Assembly: GCF_006345805.1 (NCBI RefSeq)
Contig: NC_043001.1
Span: forward strand, 79,484,001-79,548,000
Length of the DNA stretch: 64,000 bases
Source: Octopus sinensis
Taxonomy: Eukaryota
Reading direction: 5' to 3'
Positions 12,053 through 25,359 of this stretch are shown here, piece by piece. The notes under the pieces are model-generated. The model was not told the DNA's origin. It searched no databases and saw nothing but the letters and a program-made list of their open reading frames with translations. Within the stretch, counting starts at the first letter, position 1. Every line of letters begins with the position of its first letter. The position numbers and the translations under genes are program-made.

Positions 12053-13791
12053 AGTCCTTGTGTAATACTGAGCGACTCTATTTTATAATTTAGTGACTCT
12101 ACACTGAAGTACATCTCTTCCTTTTATTCTGAGTATTGGTTCCTTAAAACTCTGATAAATCAGCAAGAAACAGATCATTCACACACACTTTGAACATGGA
12201 ACAAATGGTAAATGTATTGAAGCCAAAATCCAATCACAGCAGTGTTATTTCCCTGCAGAGAATTCATTCGTCTTTGTCATTTGTCAGAATCAGAGACCTT
12301 CGTATTCGAATGAATTTCTGATTTATTAACACCAAACTTGCAGCCCACAACAGTGAAGATTCGATCATCACGTATATTCTCGATCACATCCAAATTTACC
12401 TGTGGAGAAATTCACTCGTTTGCGTAGTTTGTCTGGAGCAGGTGCCTCTAAATTTTATCTTATTGTTTTCTCTAGTCCGACGTTGGTAGCTACATGTACG
12501 TAAACATATATAAATAAATTTGAAATAGATAGCCTTGCAGTACGGTCATGTAAGCACAATTAGACGAAGGTAAGCAATGTGATTGATCAGTGTGGCACGA
12601 ATTTACTGTACAAACAAAATCTTTAACTAATAGCCAACCCGTGTGTTCACAGATAAAGCCGTAATATCCATAACAGGGTTCAAAAAGGAGCAACGCGTAT
12701 TTTTCTGAATTAGCGGTGAGAAAATCCGTGATAAACGAGGCTACATGTATATGGTAAAATTGGAGTACACATTGTGAGTCGAAATCGATAACAGAAACTA
12801 TAATACATGTAATATATCCATAATAACTTATTTCTTTTTTGGTTTAGCATCGTTTTGACATAGTCTAAAAATATTCATGTCAGGTACACTGAATATGTCT
12901 CTTTACAATAAATTCTACATTGTGAGAAGAGTGACATGTTTTCAGCACATTATTTCGTCTTCCGCGAGATAGTGATCTTTCTTTGAAAATGTTATATCAA
13001 CACGTAACACATACTCTCACAGACATACACACTCAAACACACACACACAGTAAAAAAAAATGCATATGTATAGTAGAACTACAGAGTAGTAGTAATAGTA
13101 GTAGTAATGGTGATGAATATGGTGGTGGTAGCAGCGGAAGCAGCAGTAGCAGTAGAGAGTATGAATATCATTGATGAACAAAGACGGCGCTTAAAGTTAA
13201 AAAATGTATTTATGCATGGATACGTTCATACACCTAAATATTTGTGTTATACGTACATACACACATAGACACACATACATATTCCCACGTATATATGTAT
13301 ATACGTACCTACACACATAAACACACATATATACACATATGTAAGAGTCTTACGCATGCAAATACCTATATATATTATGTATGTTTGTATTAGAGATAGG
13401 TAAATATACTTAATGTATGCATACATAATAGATTATACGATACACATACATATATATATATAAATGTATATAATTATATGCGCATGTATCTATATATATA
13501 CATATGTATATGTATACATATATATATATACCTATATATATACATGTATATGTACATATATGTATATATAATATACATATGTATATGTACATACACACAC
13601 ACACACATATATATACATATACACACACATATATCGATACACGCCCATAGACATAAAATCGCACGAGTCTCACCCCTCTCATAGACTTTTTGTATACACG
13701 TACATATCCATACGTGAATATTTTTTATGTACTTATAAATATATGTATTTATATATATAATGCGCGCACACACATACATATATACACACAC

Positions 13792-13838
<47 letters not shown>

Positions 13839-14394
13839 CATATATATACATATGTTAGCGCATATACTGTTTATGTCTATATTACACTTATATATGTAAA
13901 AAGTCCATCGACTAAAAAACTGCCTCCTCCCCCATTCCGCCTACTACTTCACCAATCATCATTATCACGATCATAATCATCATTATCATCTCCACCACCA
14001 CCATCCTCATAATCATCATCATCATCGTCATCATCATCATCATCATCATCATCATTGTCATCATCATCCCGTTACCACTAACAGTAGCAAATACTAGCTC
14101 TGAAGTGTTCGCATCATTTGTTCGGAACAACGACAGCATCAACCACTTCGAATACATGAACTTGCATCAGTTCCTACAAGAGAAAAAGAACTTTCACCTT
14201 ACTATTGTGATTCTAACAAAAGCTGACACTAACCGTTGTAGCAATCTTGAATATTAAAGTATATAGATGTGGTCGGCGGTTACTTTGTGGTGATGTGTTT
14301 GTTCGTTCGATTGTCTGGCTACTTCGATGATGGTATGATTGATTTTGTTGACTGTTTTTGATTCTCTTTGCCATTTTATTAAAAGAATTGTAAA

Positions 14395-14517
14395 TATTAT
14401 TATTATTATTATTTTATTATTATTGGTTGTAGCAGTTTTTGGGAGCGGCGGTAACTATAGAAGGAGTATATTAAAAATAGAAATAATAATATGAACAGCC
14501 ACAATAATAAAAATACA

Positions 14518-14549
<32 letters not shown>

Positions 14550-14627
14550 CAATTTTATTATTATTCTTAGTAGCAGTAGAAGTAGCAGTAGAAATAGTAG
14601 AAGCTGTAGTAGCAGCAGCAGAAGAAT

Positions 14628-14675
<48 letters not shown>

Positions 14676-14691
14676 GGGCAGCAGCAGCTCC

Positions 14692-14755
<64 letters not shown>

Positions 14756-15050
14756 TAGTAGTAGTAGTAGTACTAGTAGTAGTAGCAGCAGCAGTAAAAG
14801 TAGTAGTAATAGTAGCAGCAACAACAGTAGCAGCAGCAGCTGTCGAATCAGTACTATTGATAAATGTTCGTCAGAAATAGTAGTAATAATAATAATAAAC
14901 ATGTTTTAATAATAATAATAATAGTAATAATAATGATAATGATGATGATGTTCATGATGATAATGTTGATGATGCTGATGATGGCCTTGGTGGCGATTAT
15001 ATTTTGCCATAGGCGTATCAATCGCGTATGATAATTATTGCTATTCCGGA
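14395..15050. repeat. Compound (AAT)n/(AGT)n/(AGC)n/(GAT)n trinucleotide array
   Basis: Seen directly; source of the poly-S, poly-N and poly-L pseudo-ORFs. Confidence 0.95.
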
Positions 15051-15069
15051 TGTTGGTATTGTCGTGATG

Positions 15070-15290
15070 AAACCGGCAATCTGGCAGAAGTGTTAGCAAA
15101 GCGGGCCAAATTCTTAGTGGCAATTCCTTCCTCTTTACGTTTTAAGTTCAAATTCCACCGAGGGAAGACAACATTTCCGTTCTATCTTTCTCGCGCTCTA
15201 TAAAATAAGTATCAGTATAATACTGGATTTGAAGTAATAGATTTGTCCCTTCCTTCAGCATCTGCTGACCGTGTGTAAAAATTACAGACT
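15070..15290 (+). mobile_element. Diverged OR2-like SINE
   Basis: ggcaatctggcagaagtgttagc...aagttcaaattccaccgagg...ataaaataagtatcag. Confidence 0.65.
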
Positions 15291-15333
15291 GCTACTAATA
15301 ATAATACCACTACCACCACAGCCTCTGTTGTTG

Positions 15334-15334
<1 letters not shown>

Positions 15335-15377
<43 letters not shown>

Positions 15378-15878
15378 GAGTGAGAGAGCAGTGCATGCCA
15401 TCAAAGTGACACTGGGGTAAAATATACGAAGCCCAGTATACCCATCATGACTACCCGTCTGATAAGGGTACACTAAGCACATGCATCATAACCATATGTG
15501 CGCGACATGGTGATCTCATATCAATATAAACAGCACATGGCCTTGCAGGTGGGGCCCAGTTAGAATTTTCTTCAGGTCGAGTAACCCATCCCACTCGAAA
15601 GGTCCCTGAATAAGGGTTGTTTAAGGATGTTGAACGAAACACACATGTTTCCAGAGGTGAATTATTCAAACCCCAAAGAATCCCTCTCAACACATGGCTA
15701 TGATTCTCCCCCACTACTTCTGCTCGTGATCAGAGATGCACATATCGTCAGCCACTAAGGGACATGCTCAACTGGTTAAAGTCAAACAACTGACAAGCAA
15801 ATCTGTGGTATTGGGCAGAATATTTGCTGTAGCCCATCTTTTATACCAAGACAAAACAACGTACATGATAACACTTCC
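15335..15878 (-). mobile_element. Non-coding (AAT)n-tailed retroposon, slightly 5'-truncated
   Basis: Reverse-complement homologue of ~4495-5010; (TTA)n tracts on both sides. Confidence 0.85.
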
Positions 15879-16069
15879 AATTATTATTATTATCATCATC
15901 ATCATCATCATCATTATTATTATTATAATTATTATTATCTTTTTTTTCTTCTTTCAAATTTGCTTCCATTTCTTGCCAAGTGTCTTCCCGACTCCTAGGG
16001 CAAAGAAACTCATAGTATACATTGGTAGGCCATTAAACTAAACTCACTAGTTCGTTCATTTAAAAAAAA

Positions 16070-16070
16070 A

Positions 16071-16127
<57 letters not shown>

Positions 16128-16670
16128 TAGTCTTATCTTTTTCATGTGCTTTCCCCACACTACCGAGCGCAGTGCTATGTGCCTTGAGCATGTGTTGTGG
16201 TTTGTTCTGGTGCTTTTAATTTCACTGTATTGAAAGTGTTTTACATGGGATGTGTGCAGTGCCTAGTAGTACTATATTTTGTACGATATATATACTTGTA
16301 AGTCCTGATGTTTTTGTTATGCATTTGTCTGAATGTTTTTTATCATACGTAATGCGCCTATTATGAGAGGAATTGTTTCTGTTTTTAGGCTCCACATTCG
16401 AGTTACCTCTATTTCCAGATCTTTGCATTTTCAAAGTTTCTCCGTTTCTCTTATAGAAACATTGGCATCTGTTGGTACTGATATATCGATTAGGAAGCAT
16501 TTTTCTTTTCTTGGTGATCTCTGACAACTATATCCGGCCTATTGGCCTTAAATTCTCTATCTTTGTGTGTAGGTATATCCCTAGTATGGTTGCTTTCTTA
16601 TTTTCTGTGACCTTTTCTGGCGTGTTCGTACACCATCGTATTTCCGTTGTTATTCCATAGTGTTGGCATG

Positions 16671-16672
<2 letters not shown>
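16070..16672 (-). mobile_element. R4/Dong-like RLE LINE, 5'-truncated, with 3' UTR and (AAT)n tail
   Basis: Spliced frames give HYGITTEIRW...PEKVTENKKATIL...RPDIVVRD..EKKCFLIDISVPTDANVSIRETEKL..KDLEIEVTRMWSLKTET...QNIVLLGTAHIPCKTLSIQ*; embedded in (ATT)n on both sides. Confidence 0.9.
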
Positions 16673-16726
<54 letters not shown>

Positions 16727-16830
16727 GTTGTTATTATTATTACCATTATTATTCTTACTATTGATAAAATTATTATTATTATTATTATTGTTGTTGTTGT
16801 TGTTATTAGTAGTAGTAGTATTAATATTAT
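16673..16830. repeat. (ATT)n/(GTT)n microsatellite
   Basis: Seen directly. Confidence 0.95.
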
Positions 16831-17825
16831 TATTTCTCTTTTCATATTGTTCATTTTCCCTTTATGTATATGTTTAGTGCATTTATTCCTCGTAGTATTA
16901 TCGTTGGCTACAGTGGAGGTGAAGTTGATGTTGATTTAATTATTATTAGCAGTTTTTTTTTTCTTTCTTTTCGTTATTGCTAACTCTGAAGTAGAAATTC
17001 TATCGGTCGTTGTTATTCCTGTTGTTGTTCTTCATTCTGATGTTATTGTTGAGTTAGTCACGGTGATGATGATGATTGTGTAGTAACGGCAATCATAGTG
17101 ATGTTGTTATTGCGATTATCATTTTTAGATTTTTGGCATCCCTGCCAGAATTTATTTTGGAAAGTTGTTCTCTTTTATCCGCGCTGCCATTTCGACCGTT
17201 CCCTAACTGAATCAATGGACAATATAGAGAAGTATGGCATTGTTTGCAATTGTATATATCTCCATCTATACAAGTTACAGTTTCAGTATTTCTCTTCTGA
17301 CGTCTGCGCATGCGCAAACATATGCGTATACGCACAACACTAATAACGTATATGTTATACAAGCCTTTCTATCAACGCACACGCACGCACATACACACAC
17401 ACACATATATACACTTACATGTATATGTGGGTGCTTACATGCACATTTAGAATAATATATATCCATATATACACATATATATGACTATGCTTGTATTGAA
17501 AGATATTCCATTGATACAAGTAACGGTTGAAATATGTTTATCAAATTGTCAGAACATAGATATCAGTTATAATTATATTGGTGTATATATATATATATAT
17601 ATATACATACATGCATATATATATTAGTGTGTATATAAATGTATATGTATATATATATGAATGCATACATACATACGTACACATACACACACACACATAT
17701 ATATACATGCATGTTTATAATTATTATAAATGTACATCACTGCATATTATGTAATTATGTAGGTTTACATACATGCTAAGAAATACACGAAGACACACAT
17801 ATATGTATTATATATATGTATACAA

Positions 17826-17866
<41 letters not shown>

Positions 17867-17929
17867 AATGTATGTACATATATATATCTATCTATATATA
17901 AATATATTTATGTATATATATTTGTATCT

Positions 17930-19440
17930 AGGGAGAATTCACAAAAAAATACAAAAGACGAAGACAGGTGGTGTAGACAACAAACAAATGTCTATAACGC
18001 TCGGGAAGTGAATATGTCTTTAACGTTTCGAGCCTACGCTCTTCCACAGAAAGAAACGCAGAAAGAAAAGAGAGAAAATAAACAATGTGTAGGGGCTGGC
18101 GATCTAGCATGGCGGAATATATGTATATACATATATATATTGCTTCTACTATATCTTGATTTTTATGACTATACAAGCTATGACTATACTAACTCTGTCT
18201 GTCTGCTCCCTCATAAAAATCAAGAAGCGATAACCCAACCTCACAACCTGGCTCGATCCCCTGCTCCTGCCAACGCTACCGCACTTGCCCTTACATCTCC
18301 AGCACCACCCTCCTCATCGGGACCCATCATCGACCCTATCATATCACCGACTCCTTCACCTGCACTTCTACCAATGCCATCTACTGTATCTCCTGCTCTC
18401 TCTCTCTCTCTCTGTGCCTTTCTCTATACATCACGCAAACGGGACACCGCTTGGCTGACCGGTTTGCAGGACAACTCCGAGACATCCTACTCAGCAATGA
18501 CACCCCGGTCTCGCGCCATTTCCGCTCTACCGGTCACTCTTTGAAACACTTCTGTGTGTTCGGATTGTCCTTGTACAAGGGCCATCTGGACTCCCGTGTT
18601 TGTCGTGAACAGGGATTAATCTTCTCTCTTCGCTTCTTTGCGCCACATGGCTCACCTCTCCTCCCTTCTTCAACTAAGACTCCTTCCCTCTCCTCTCTTT
18701 CTCTCACACCTACTTCTTCCCATCAACTTCTCCTCTCTTGCTCCAACTCCTACTTCTCCAATGCTACTCTCGCCTTTTCTGTTCATTCCTACTCACCTTC
18801 TCCCTTCCCCCTCCTCCTTCATCGTCACCACTCCCTCGTAACCCCACCCCTGCACAATCCAACACCACTTTCCCTATCAATCCCATCCCACTCACCCCAC
18901 CTCTTACACCCACTCCCACATACCCCACCTCTACCCCACCCTCAGCCTAATCCACACCACACCCTTTCTTTCGCCACACTTGTCTCCCCCACACACCACA
19001 CACCACCAGACCATACACCACAATACCACACAACACCACATCACATCACCACGTACACACTAGCGTTGACCAATTCCCAACCCCCACCATTGTCCACATA
19101 CCTACACATGTATACACGAACACGTTAAGGTCACCAGCCCTCTTCCACACGCACATAATGCTCTCTTATACGCACGCATTCGCACATTTATTTTCGGATC
19201 ATCACTACTTTATTATCTCCCCTTCTTCCTAGCACTCCAGTGTTACCCCTCTGTCCGGCATTCGCCATGAGAGATCGCTAACTCCTATACATTCCTTATT
19301 TTCTCTCCTTGTTTCTTTTTATGTTCCTTTCTGTAGAAGAGCGTGAAAGACTTTTCACTTCCCGAGCGTTAAACTAATACATCTGTTTGTTGTCTACACC
19401 ATCTGTCTTCGACTTTTGTTATTTTTTGTGAATTCTCTCT
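17930..19440 (+). mobile_element. Penelope-like element fragment: GIY-YIG endonuclease region flanked by inverted terminal repeats (pLTRs)
   Basis: CQRYRTCPYISST...FTCTSTNAIYCISC...LYITQTGHRLADRFAGQLRDI...VSRHF...REQGLIFSL at 18260-18640; 17930-18117 is the reverse complement of 19260-19440. Confidence 0.9.
18016..18054 (-). ncRNA. PLE-type minimal hammerhead variant (CUGUGGA core)
   Basis: CUGUGGA-A-GAGC(guag)GCUC-GAAAC-GUUA; helix I ucuuu/aagac partial; A6 replaced by U. Confidence 0.45.
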
Positions 19441-19601
19441 ATGTGTATATATACACGTATGCCTAAGTGCGTACACACTTTGCCTTAAATACATGCAATA
19501 TACGTAAGCATATATACATATATATAAACACACACACACATATATAGATATAGATATAGATATATACACATATATATACATACATATATATATGTATACA
19601 G

Positions 19602-19640
<39 letters not shown>

Positions 19641-19699
19641 ATGTATATATATATATGTATTTATATATATATATATCATATATCATATATGCCTGGTTA

Positions 19700-20110
19700 T
19701 TGGGGTATTTTGAAAATATGCAGAGACAAATGTGAATCATGTGGTCCTGGTTCGTTTTGTACATTACGTGTATTCTACGGTCTGTTGCACTTGCTGGATA
19801 AATTCAGGTGTTCTTATGATTTCAGAACGTTTAGATGCTCTTTATGCTTTGATATTGGCGACACGTTTCAATCGTCAGTCTCAAGCTCCTTACAAACTTT
19901 GTAGACGAAAGATCTGGCAACTTTTAAAAATTGAGAGATTTCTAAATCACTGTGCTCAACCTGCATAACCACAATAACAGTATGGGTCTTCATTTCTTGA
20001 GTAAGCTGAGGATCCGCCATTTTTATTTTCTCAATCAAAGATTATACAGAGTTACCGAAAAATAACCCCAGCAATAACCCCCAAAATGTATGTCCTCAAA
20101 TACCTTGCGT
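19700..20110 (-). mobile_element. maT/DD37D-like transposase N-terminal (HTH) remnant
   Basis: Minus frame QVEHSDLEISQFLKVARSFVYKVCKELETDD*NVSPISKHKEH/RSEIIRTPEFIQQVQQ; family assignment is by recalled motif similarity only. Confidence 0.65.
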
Positions 20111-20128
20111 ACACTGTATATGTATACA

Positions 20129-20164
<36 letters not shown>

Positions 20165-21576
20165 TTTGCAGAAGTATATTCAATGCTGCTCTGTCATGTA
20201 TAATAAATTCTATTCCAATAAATGTATTTTGCTAGTGTTTGTTAGTTTTACATTTTCATAATTCCACAAGAACGTTATCGGTTATACCTGAGCGACCGCA
20301 CCTTTGTTTGTGTTGTTGTGTGTATTAAGATCAATATGTCACAGTTTTGCAAACAGATTGATGAAATTTTCTATCGGGCACATTTATTAAAGGAGAGGTT
20401 GATAGGCTACATATCTTTTCTTTAAAAAATTGATCACAAATGATTTTCAGAGACATCGCTTTTTTGTGTACATTTTTGCCACCATTGGAGGTGTCAATGT
20501 AGCCGTGATGTTGTTCACACGCACGAGCGTGCAAGAGTGTGTGTATGATTTGTGTCTTCTGTGCTTGCATTTGTACGTACATGCATATAAGAATTTTGAA
20601 CCAATCATATTCTTGATGAAAATTCACTGCATTCCCAATAAATTTTATGTATGACATACTTTGAATAACATATTTTGAACAAAATGACAGAAAGAAACAT
20701 CTATACTACATTCGCATAGATACTTGCTACCTGAACATTTTCTTGTTTAAATGTAAATATCATCTTGATTGATATATGAAATTATATTATATTTTATCAG
20801 CTAAATAGATAATAAACATGTTTACCCATTTTGTCTCTTTGTATTTACCTATATAAACATTTAGAAACATTCCCGAACGTAAAGCATTGCAGTTTTCGTT
20901 TCAACTGTCAGTGTTGTACATACAAATTTCGCTGGGAGCAATATCGTCAATTATTTCACTCTTCAGGCAGTAACAGATAAACCATCTGAAACATCAATAC
21001 CAGATGTATGTAATTTGATTGCATCATCAATATGCTATGTTGTTGAATTCGCATAGTTTATTGGTAGGCAAGCTGATTCATTCTTTATCCATTACAGGGA
21101 GCGACAAAAGAATTTAAACTCCGATTCATCATTCTTGATAAACGGCTCAACAACAAATGCGTGATATGAAATGGTCCAAGCTATAAAAATAACTAAAAAC
21201 GAAAAACGATACAACATTGACTATACGAAGATACCATTGTCAGTCTCCAACGCTAAGAATGTCACACGTATAGCCGGGTAAAATGTGAGGTATTTTCTGT
21301 CAACCTGTACTATATACAAGGATACATCATGCTATAAAAAACATTTATTGAATTAAGTCGATCACTAAATATCCTTGCAAGAAAATTTCTGTATATATTC
21401 CTGTACATGTGTGTATGTGTAATATCATTGTATTTTGTATTTTCAACGGACTTAGTGTATTACATCTCTCACTCAATCAAACTGAACCCGAAAATATGTA
21501 CCTTAGGAACGAACTCATTAACCAGGAATGTGCTCCTATGTTATATATGCATATATATATATATATATATATATAT

Positions 21577-21690
21577 AGGGAGAATTCACGAAAAGAAACA
21601 CAAGATGAAGACTGGTGGTGTAGAAAACCATCAGATGTATTAGTATAACGCTCGGGAATTGAAAAAGTCTTTAACGGTTCGAGCCTACCC
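21577..21690 (-). mobile_element. Solo PLE pLTR fragment (same family as 17930-18117)
   Basis: agggagaattcacgaaaag...ggtggtgtagaaaacc...aacgctcgggaa...gttcgagcctac. Confidence 0.75.
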
Positions 21691-21899
21691 AGTCGTGGTC
21701 ATCCCATTTTTTCTTTAACGAATACATATACATATATCTTTTACCTTTTACTTATTTAAGTCATGCTGGGGCACGACATTGAAGAATTTTGGCCGAACGA
21801 ATCGATCCTAGTACATGGGTATAGCGTTTGAATAGTGTATTCACATTCGGCTCTGTAAATTTAGGAAGTGTTGGTTTGATATCTGTTACATGATGTCGC

Positions 21900-22175
21900 T
21901 CGGTCGTGTGCATATTCGGTTATAGCACTTTCATATTTTATAAAAGTTGGAAATATCAAACTGAAGAGAGAAGTAAGTAAAACTTAAATTCCTTTAATCT
22001 CGAAACGCGTATATAGTTAATCCTGGTCGTGTTGATTCATTGTTTTACTCTTTGCCTTCGTAAAAAAGTATGTTTACCGTCATGGAGATTCTTATAGTAG
22101 CAGGATTTTTATCTCCCTTTTCTAATTTTGGTATGTGGTGAAGCAATTAGCTCAACCCTAATTATAATTATGTGG
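21900..22175 (+). mobile_element. Putative PLE terminal repeat carrying a hammerhead core
   Basis: Ends in ggtatgtggtgaagcaattagctcaaccctaattataat, shared with 26213-26265(-). Confidence 0.55.
21955..22018 (+). ncRNA. Type I hammerhead ribozyme core (helix I degenerate)
   Basis: CUGAAGA-GAG...CUC-GAAA-CGCGUA; palindromic helix III ACGCGU; GUA triplet ends at 22011. Confidence 0.55.
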
Positions 22176-22656
22176 ATAATTTTACCTATAAAGGTTATTT
22201 TAACGTATCGATCTACTTGGTAAAAGTGTTGATTAATTGATTAATTCATTAATTAATTTGATTAATAAATTTTACCCTTCTATTACTATTATATATATAT
22301 ATATATATATACATACATACATATATATATATGTATATATACATCAATATGTGTGTGTGAGCATGTGTACGTATATATCGGCACAAAATAGTTCTTTTTT
22401 TTTCGGGAGTGACAGGAATAGTATATCTCGAAGCACAGTTTATTAAGCTATAAATAATAATACGAAAATAGTGGATTGAAAAACAGTTTTCGATAGAAAA
22501 ATTCGCATCCTGCGGATTGCTTTCAAATATTTTCTGTCGAATGGGATTGTTTTAACCTAATAGCTAAGCGCTATTGTTTATAGCTGTATGTGTGTGCTTC
22601 GAGATATGTTATTCCTAAAAAAATTCACAAACACTGACACACAAGCACGCACACAC

Positions 22657-22687
<31 letters not shown>

Positions 22688-22697
22688 TACACACATA

Positions 22698-22832
22698 TAG
22701 GTGCAGGTGTAGCTGTGTGGATCCGAGTACAATCCCAGTGCATGGCACCCTGGGTAAGTATCTTCTACTGTAGCCTCGGGCCGACCAAAGACTTGTGAGT
22801 GGATTTTTGCGGACGGAAACTGATAGATACAC
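22698..22832 (+). mobile_element. Dominant-family SINE 5' half
   Basis: gtgcaggtgtagctgtgtgg...ctgggtaagtatcttctactgtagcctcgggccgaccaaagacttgtgagtggattt. Confidence 0.75.
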
Positions 22833-22844
22833 GTCGTATATCCT

Positions 22845-23020
22845 TTCGTTCTTTATTCTTTATTTGTTTCAGTCATTTGACTGCGACCATTCTACAGCAC
22901 TGCTTTTAGTCGAAAAGTCGACTTCAGGACCCATTTTTCGTAAGCCTAGTACTTATTCTATCGATGTCTTTTGCCTAAACGCTAAGTTACGGGGACGTAT
23001 ATATATACATATATATATTG
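22845..23020 (-). mobile_element. Dominant-family SINE 3' half
   Basis: ttgtttcagtcatttgactgcgacc...aagcctagtacttattctatcg...cgctaagttacggggacgta. Confidence 0.75.
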
Positions 23021-23064
23021 CTTGGCAACTGGGGACGTATATATATATTGCTAATTGCTAAGCA

Positions 23065-23225
23065 GCTGCTACTAGTGTGTTTACGTTCACGTGACTTAGC
23101 GAATCGACCAGAGAAGCCGACAGAATATTATCAAACTAAAGAAACTAGTATTAGGATCGATTAATTCGCCCTAAATTTTTCAATGCTGTGCCCCGGCGTG
23201 ACTTAAATAAGTAAAAGATAAAGAC
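23065..23225 (+). mobile_element. Dominant-family SINE 3' half
   Basis: gtgtttacgttcacgtgacttagcg...gctgtgccccggcgtgac...aagtaaaagataaaaga. Confidence 0.6.
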
Positions 23226-23410
23226 ATATCTATCTGTATAGTCATTAAAGAAAAATGGGATGACCACGACTGGAAATCCTTCTCTTATTACTGACGCCTG
23301 CTAAATATCAGCAGCATCAACACACACAACTACAAACTCACACTCACGCACACAATTGCACACGCACACAATTGCACGCGCACTCATGTGAATATAATAT
23401 CATATTATAT

Positions 23411-24600
23411 ATACAGACATGACAGAAGTAAATATATACCCTTATAATCATGAAAATTTATTTAAACCTGAAATTATGTTTTCAAATTATTCATTAATTA
23501 TTATAATGTGAATATCTAATATCTAATGTCCTTTGCATTTTTCAATGGAAGGATTTATACTGATGGGATGACGAATATTTTCTTGAGGGATTTCTTGACA
23601 CGTTTGATGTAGTCATCTCAAAAGATCTGGCTTTGAGGATTCTTTTCTTGTCCATTTTACGAAGTGTCCTGTCCATTATGCCTCAGAGATATTCAATAGG
23701 GGCATATCTGGTAACTGGCTTGGATATGGATTTTTTTTAATACCATTCTTTTCCAACCAACCTTGGGTCACTTTAGCCGTGTGGCAAGGAGCACCATCTT
23801 TCATAAATAAAGAATCTTCTTTAATCCTTTCACAATTGAAGAAGATTGGAAGGAATCATTTCTGCAATATGGACACATATTTATCTGAGTTTATGTTTCC
23901 CTCGCACTCCACCAGCTCTGATTCACCATTGCTCCAAATTGCTCCCCAGACCATCACAGAATAGCTGCATTGTTTCATTGTTGGCAGTAATCTTTTCATC
24001 TCAAATTCTTGATTAAAGAGTCTCCAGACCCACTCTTGACCACTGTCAGAAAATACAGCAACTCTGGACTCATCAGTGAATATGATAGTGTCCCAAATGC
24101 AAGCGGCCACTCCATCATCGAACTAGCCTAGTATTTTCTCCCTTTGACATTGGCTGGTTGAAGAAGTGGTTTTCTTCTTGCTGCTCTGCAGTAGTTGCCA
24201 AGTTTGTGGAGATATCTGAAAGCTGTTCTGGGATTGGCATCAACTTTTTCTGCTATGTCAGAGGCCTTGTAAAGAGGATTATCCTCCATACATCACTAAA
24301 CAAGGCAAAGGGTCATGTCAGAGGGCCCCGGTCGACATGGGCAAAATGATGCGGACTCCTTCTTTCCCGGTGAATTGCACAATCACCCTATTAACTTTAG
24401 AGAACGGGATCCCAAGGTTTTCTGCGATTTTATGCTTTGTCCACCTGCTGATTGACCCACAAAACGGCCTCTTTGAAATTTGAGTAATTCCAAGGCTTCT
24501 TTTATATGTAATATAATTAAACAGTCACATATAGAAACATAAAAATGTCCATTAATAAAATATATAAAGCTTTTCAAGTTGAAATAAACATTAAGCAATG
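23411..24600 (-). mobile_element. Degenerate Tc1-like (DD34E-type) transposon
   Basis: IIFTDESRVAVFSDSG..WVWR....VMVWGAIWSNG....FMKDGAPCHTAKVTQGWL..; several stops and frameshifts; TIRs not confidently paired. Confidence 0.85.
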
Positions 24601-25149
24601 TTTTATTGGATGTCTAGTCACTTCAGTATATATAATACACATATACATATGTAGGTCAGTCATTTTCTAGCTGTAAGTAACTGTTACTACGTGAAATTGT
24701 TCCATATCAGCTAGATAGATATATGATTGATTCACTTTGGATTACAAATATTGTAAATCTATGATATGTGATACTTATGACGTGTCATGAATGATGTACT
24801 TTTCGTCATTGGTCACGATTCCATCATGAAACGGATAATATCCGCTGTGACATTTGTCGTAAAAGAAATTTTCGAATACGTGAGTTACAAATTTTTTTAT
24901 CATTAATATTACTTAAAACTCAGTTGTGAGCTCTCTACGTTATTTTAAAATACATTTTAGACACTTACATTTTAAAACTTATGACGGTAAATCAATGATT
25001 TTAAAGGCAGTTCTGACTATGATTCCCTCGACACAGCACAGAATTTACAAGAATACCAACGCAGTTTCGAATTACTGCAACAAATATATTTTTTCACATA
25101 AAAATTATGCTGAAAATACCATATTTTTCAAACAATAATTAACCTATTA

Positions 25150-25326
25150 GGTACAGCTGTGGGTGTGTGGTAAGAAGTTTGGTTCCGGGTTCAAAACCAC
25201 CGCATAACACCTTCCCAAATTGCTTTCTCATATAGCCTCAGGCTCACCAAAGGCATGTAGGTGGATCCGTTAGACGGAAACTGAAACAATCACCTCATGA
25301 GTGGATGTATGTATCTCTCTCTCTCC

Positions 25327-25359
<33 letters not shown>

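Noticed and set aside
14298-14309. tttgttcgttcg, matching the 5' part of miR-375
   Set aside because: Only 12 nt match and there is no hairpin
19731-19760. Cys-rich CESCGPGSFC (plus strand) resembling TNFR/EGF-like repeats
   Set aside because: It is the antisense of a maT transposase remnant
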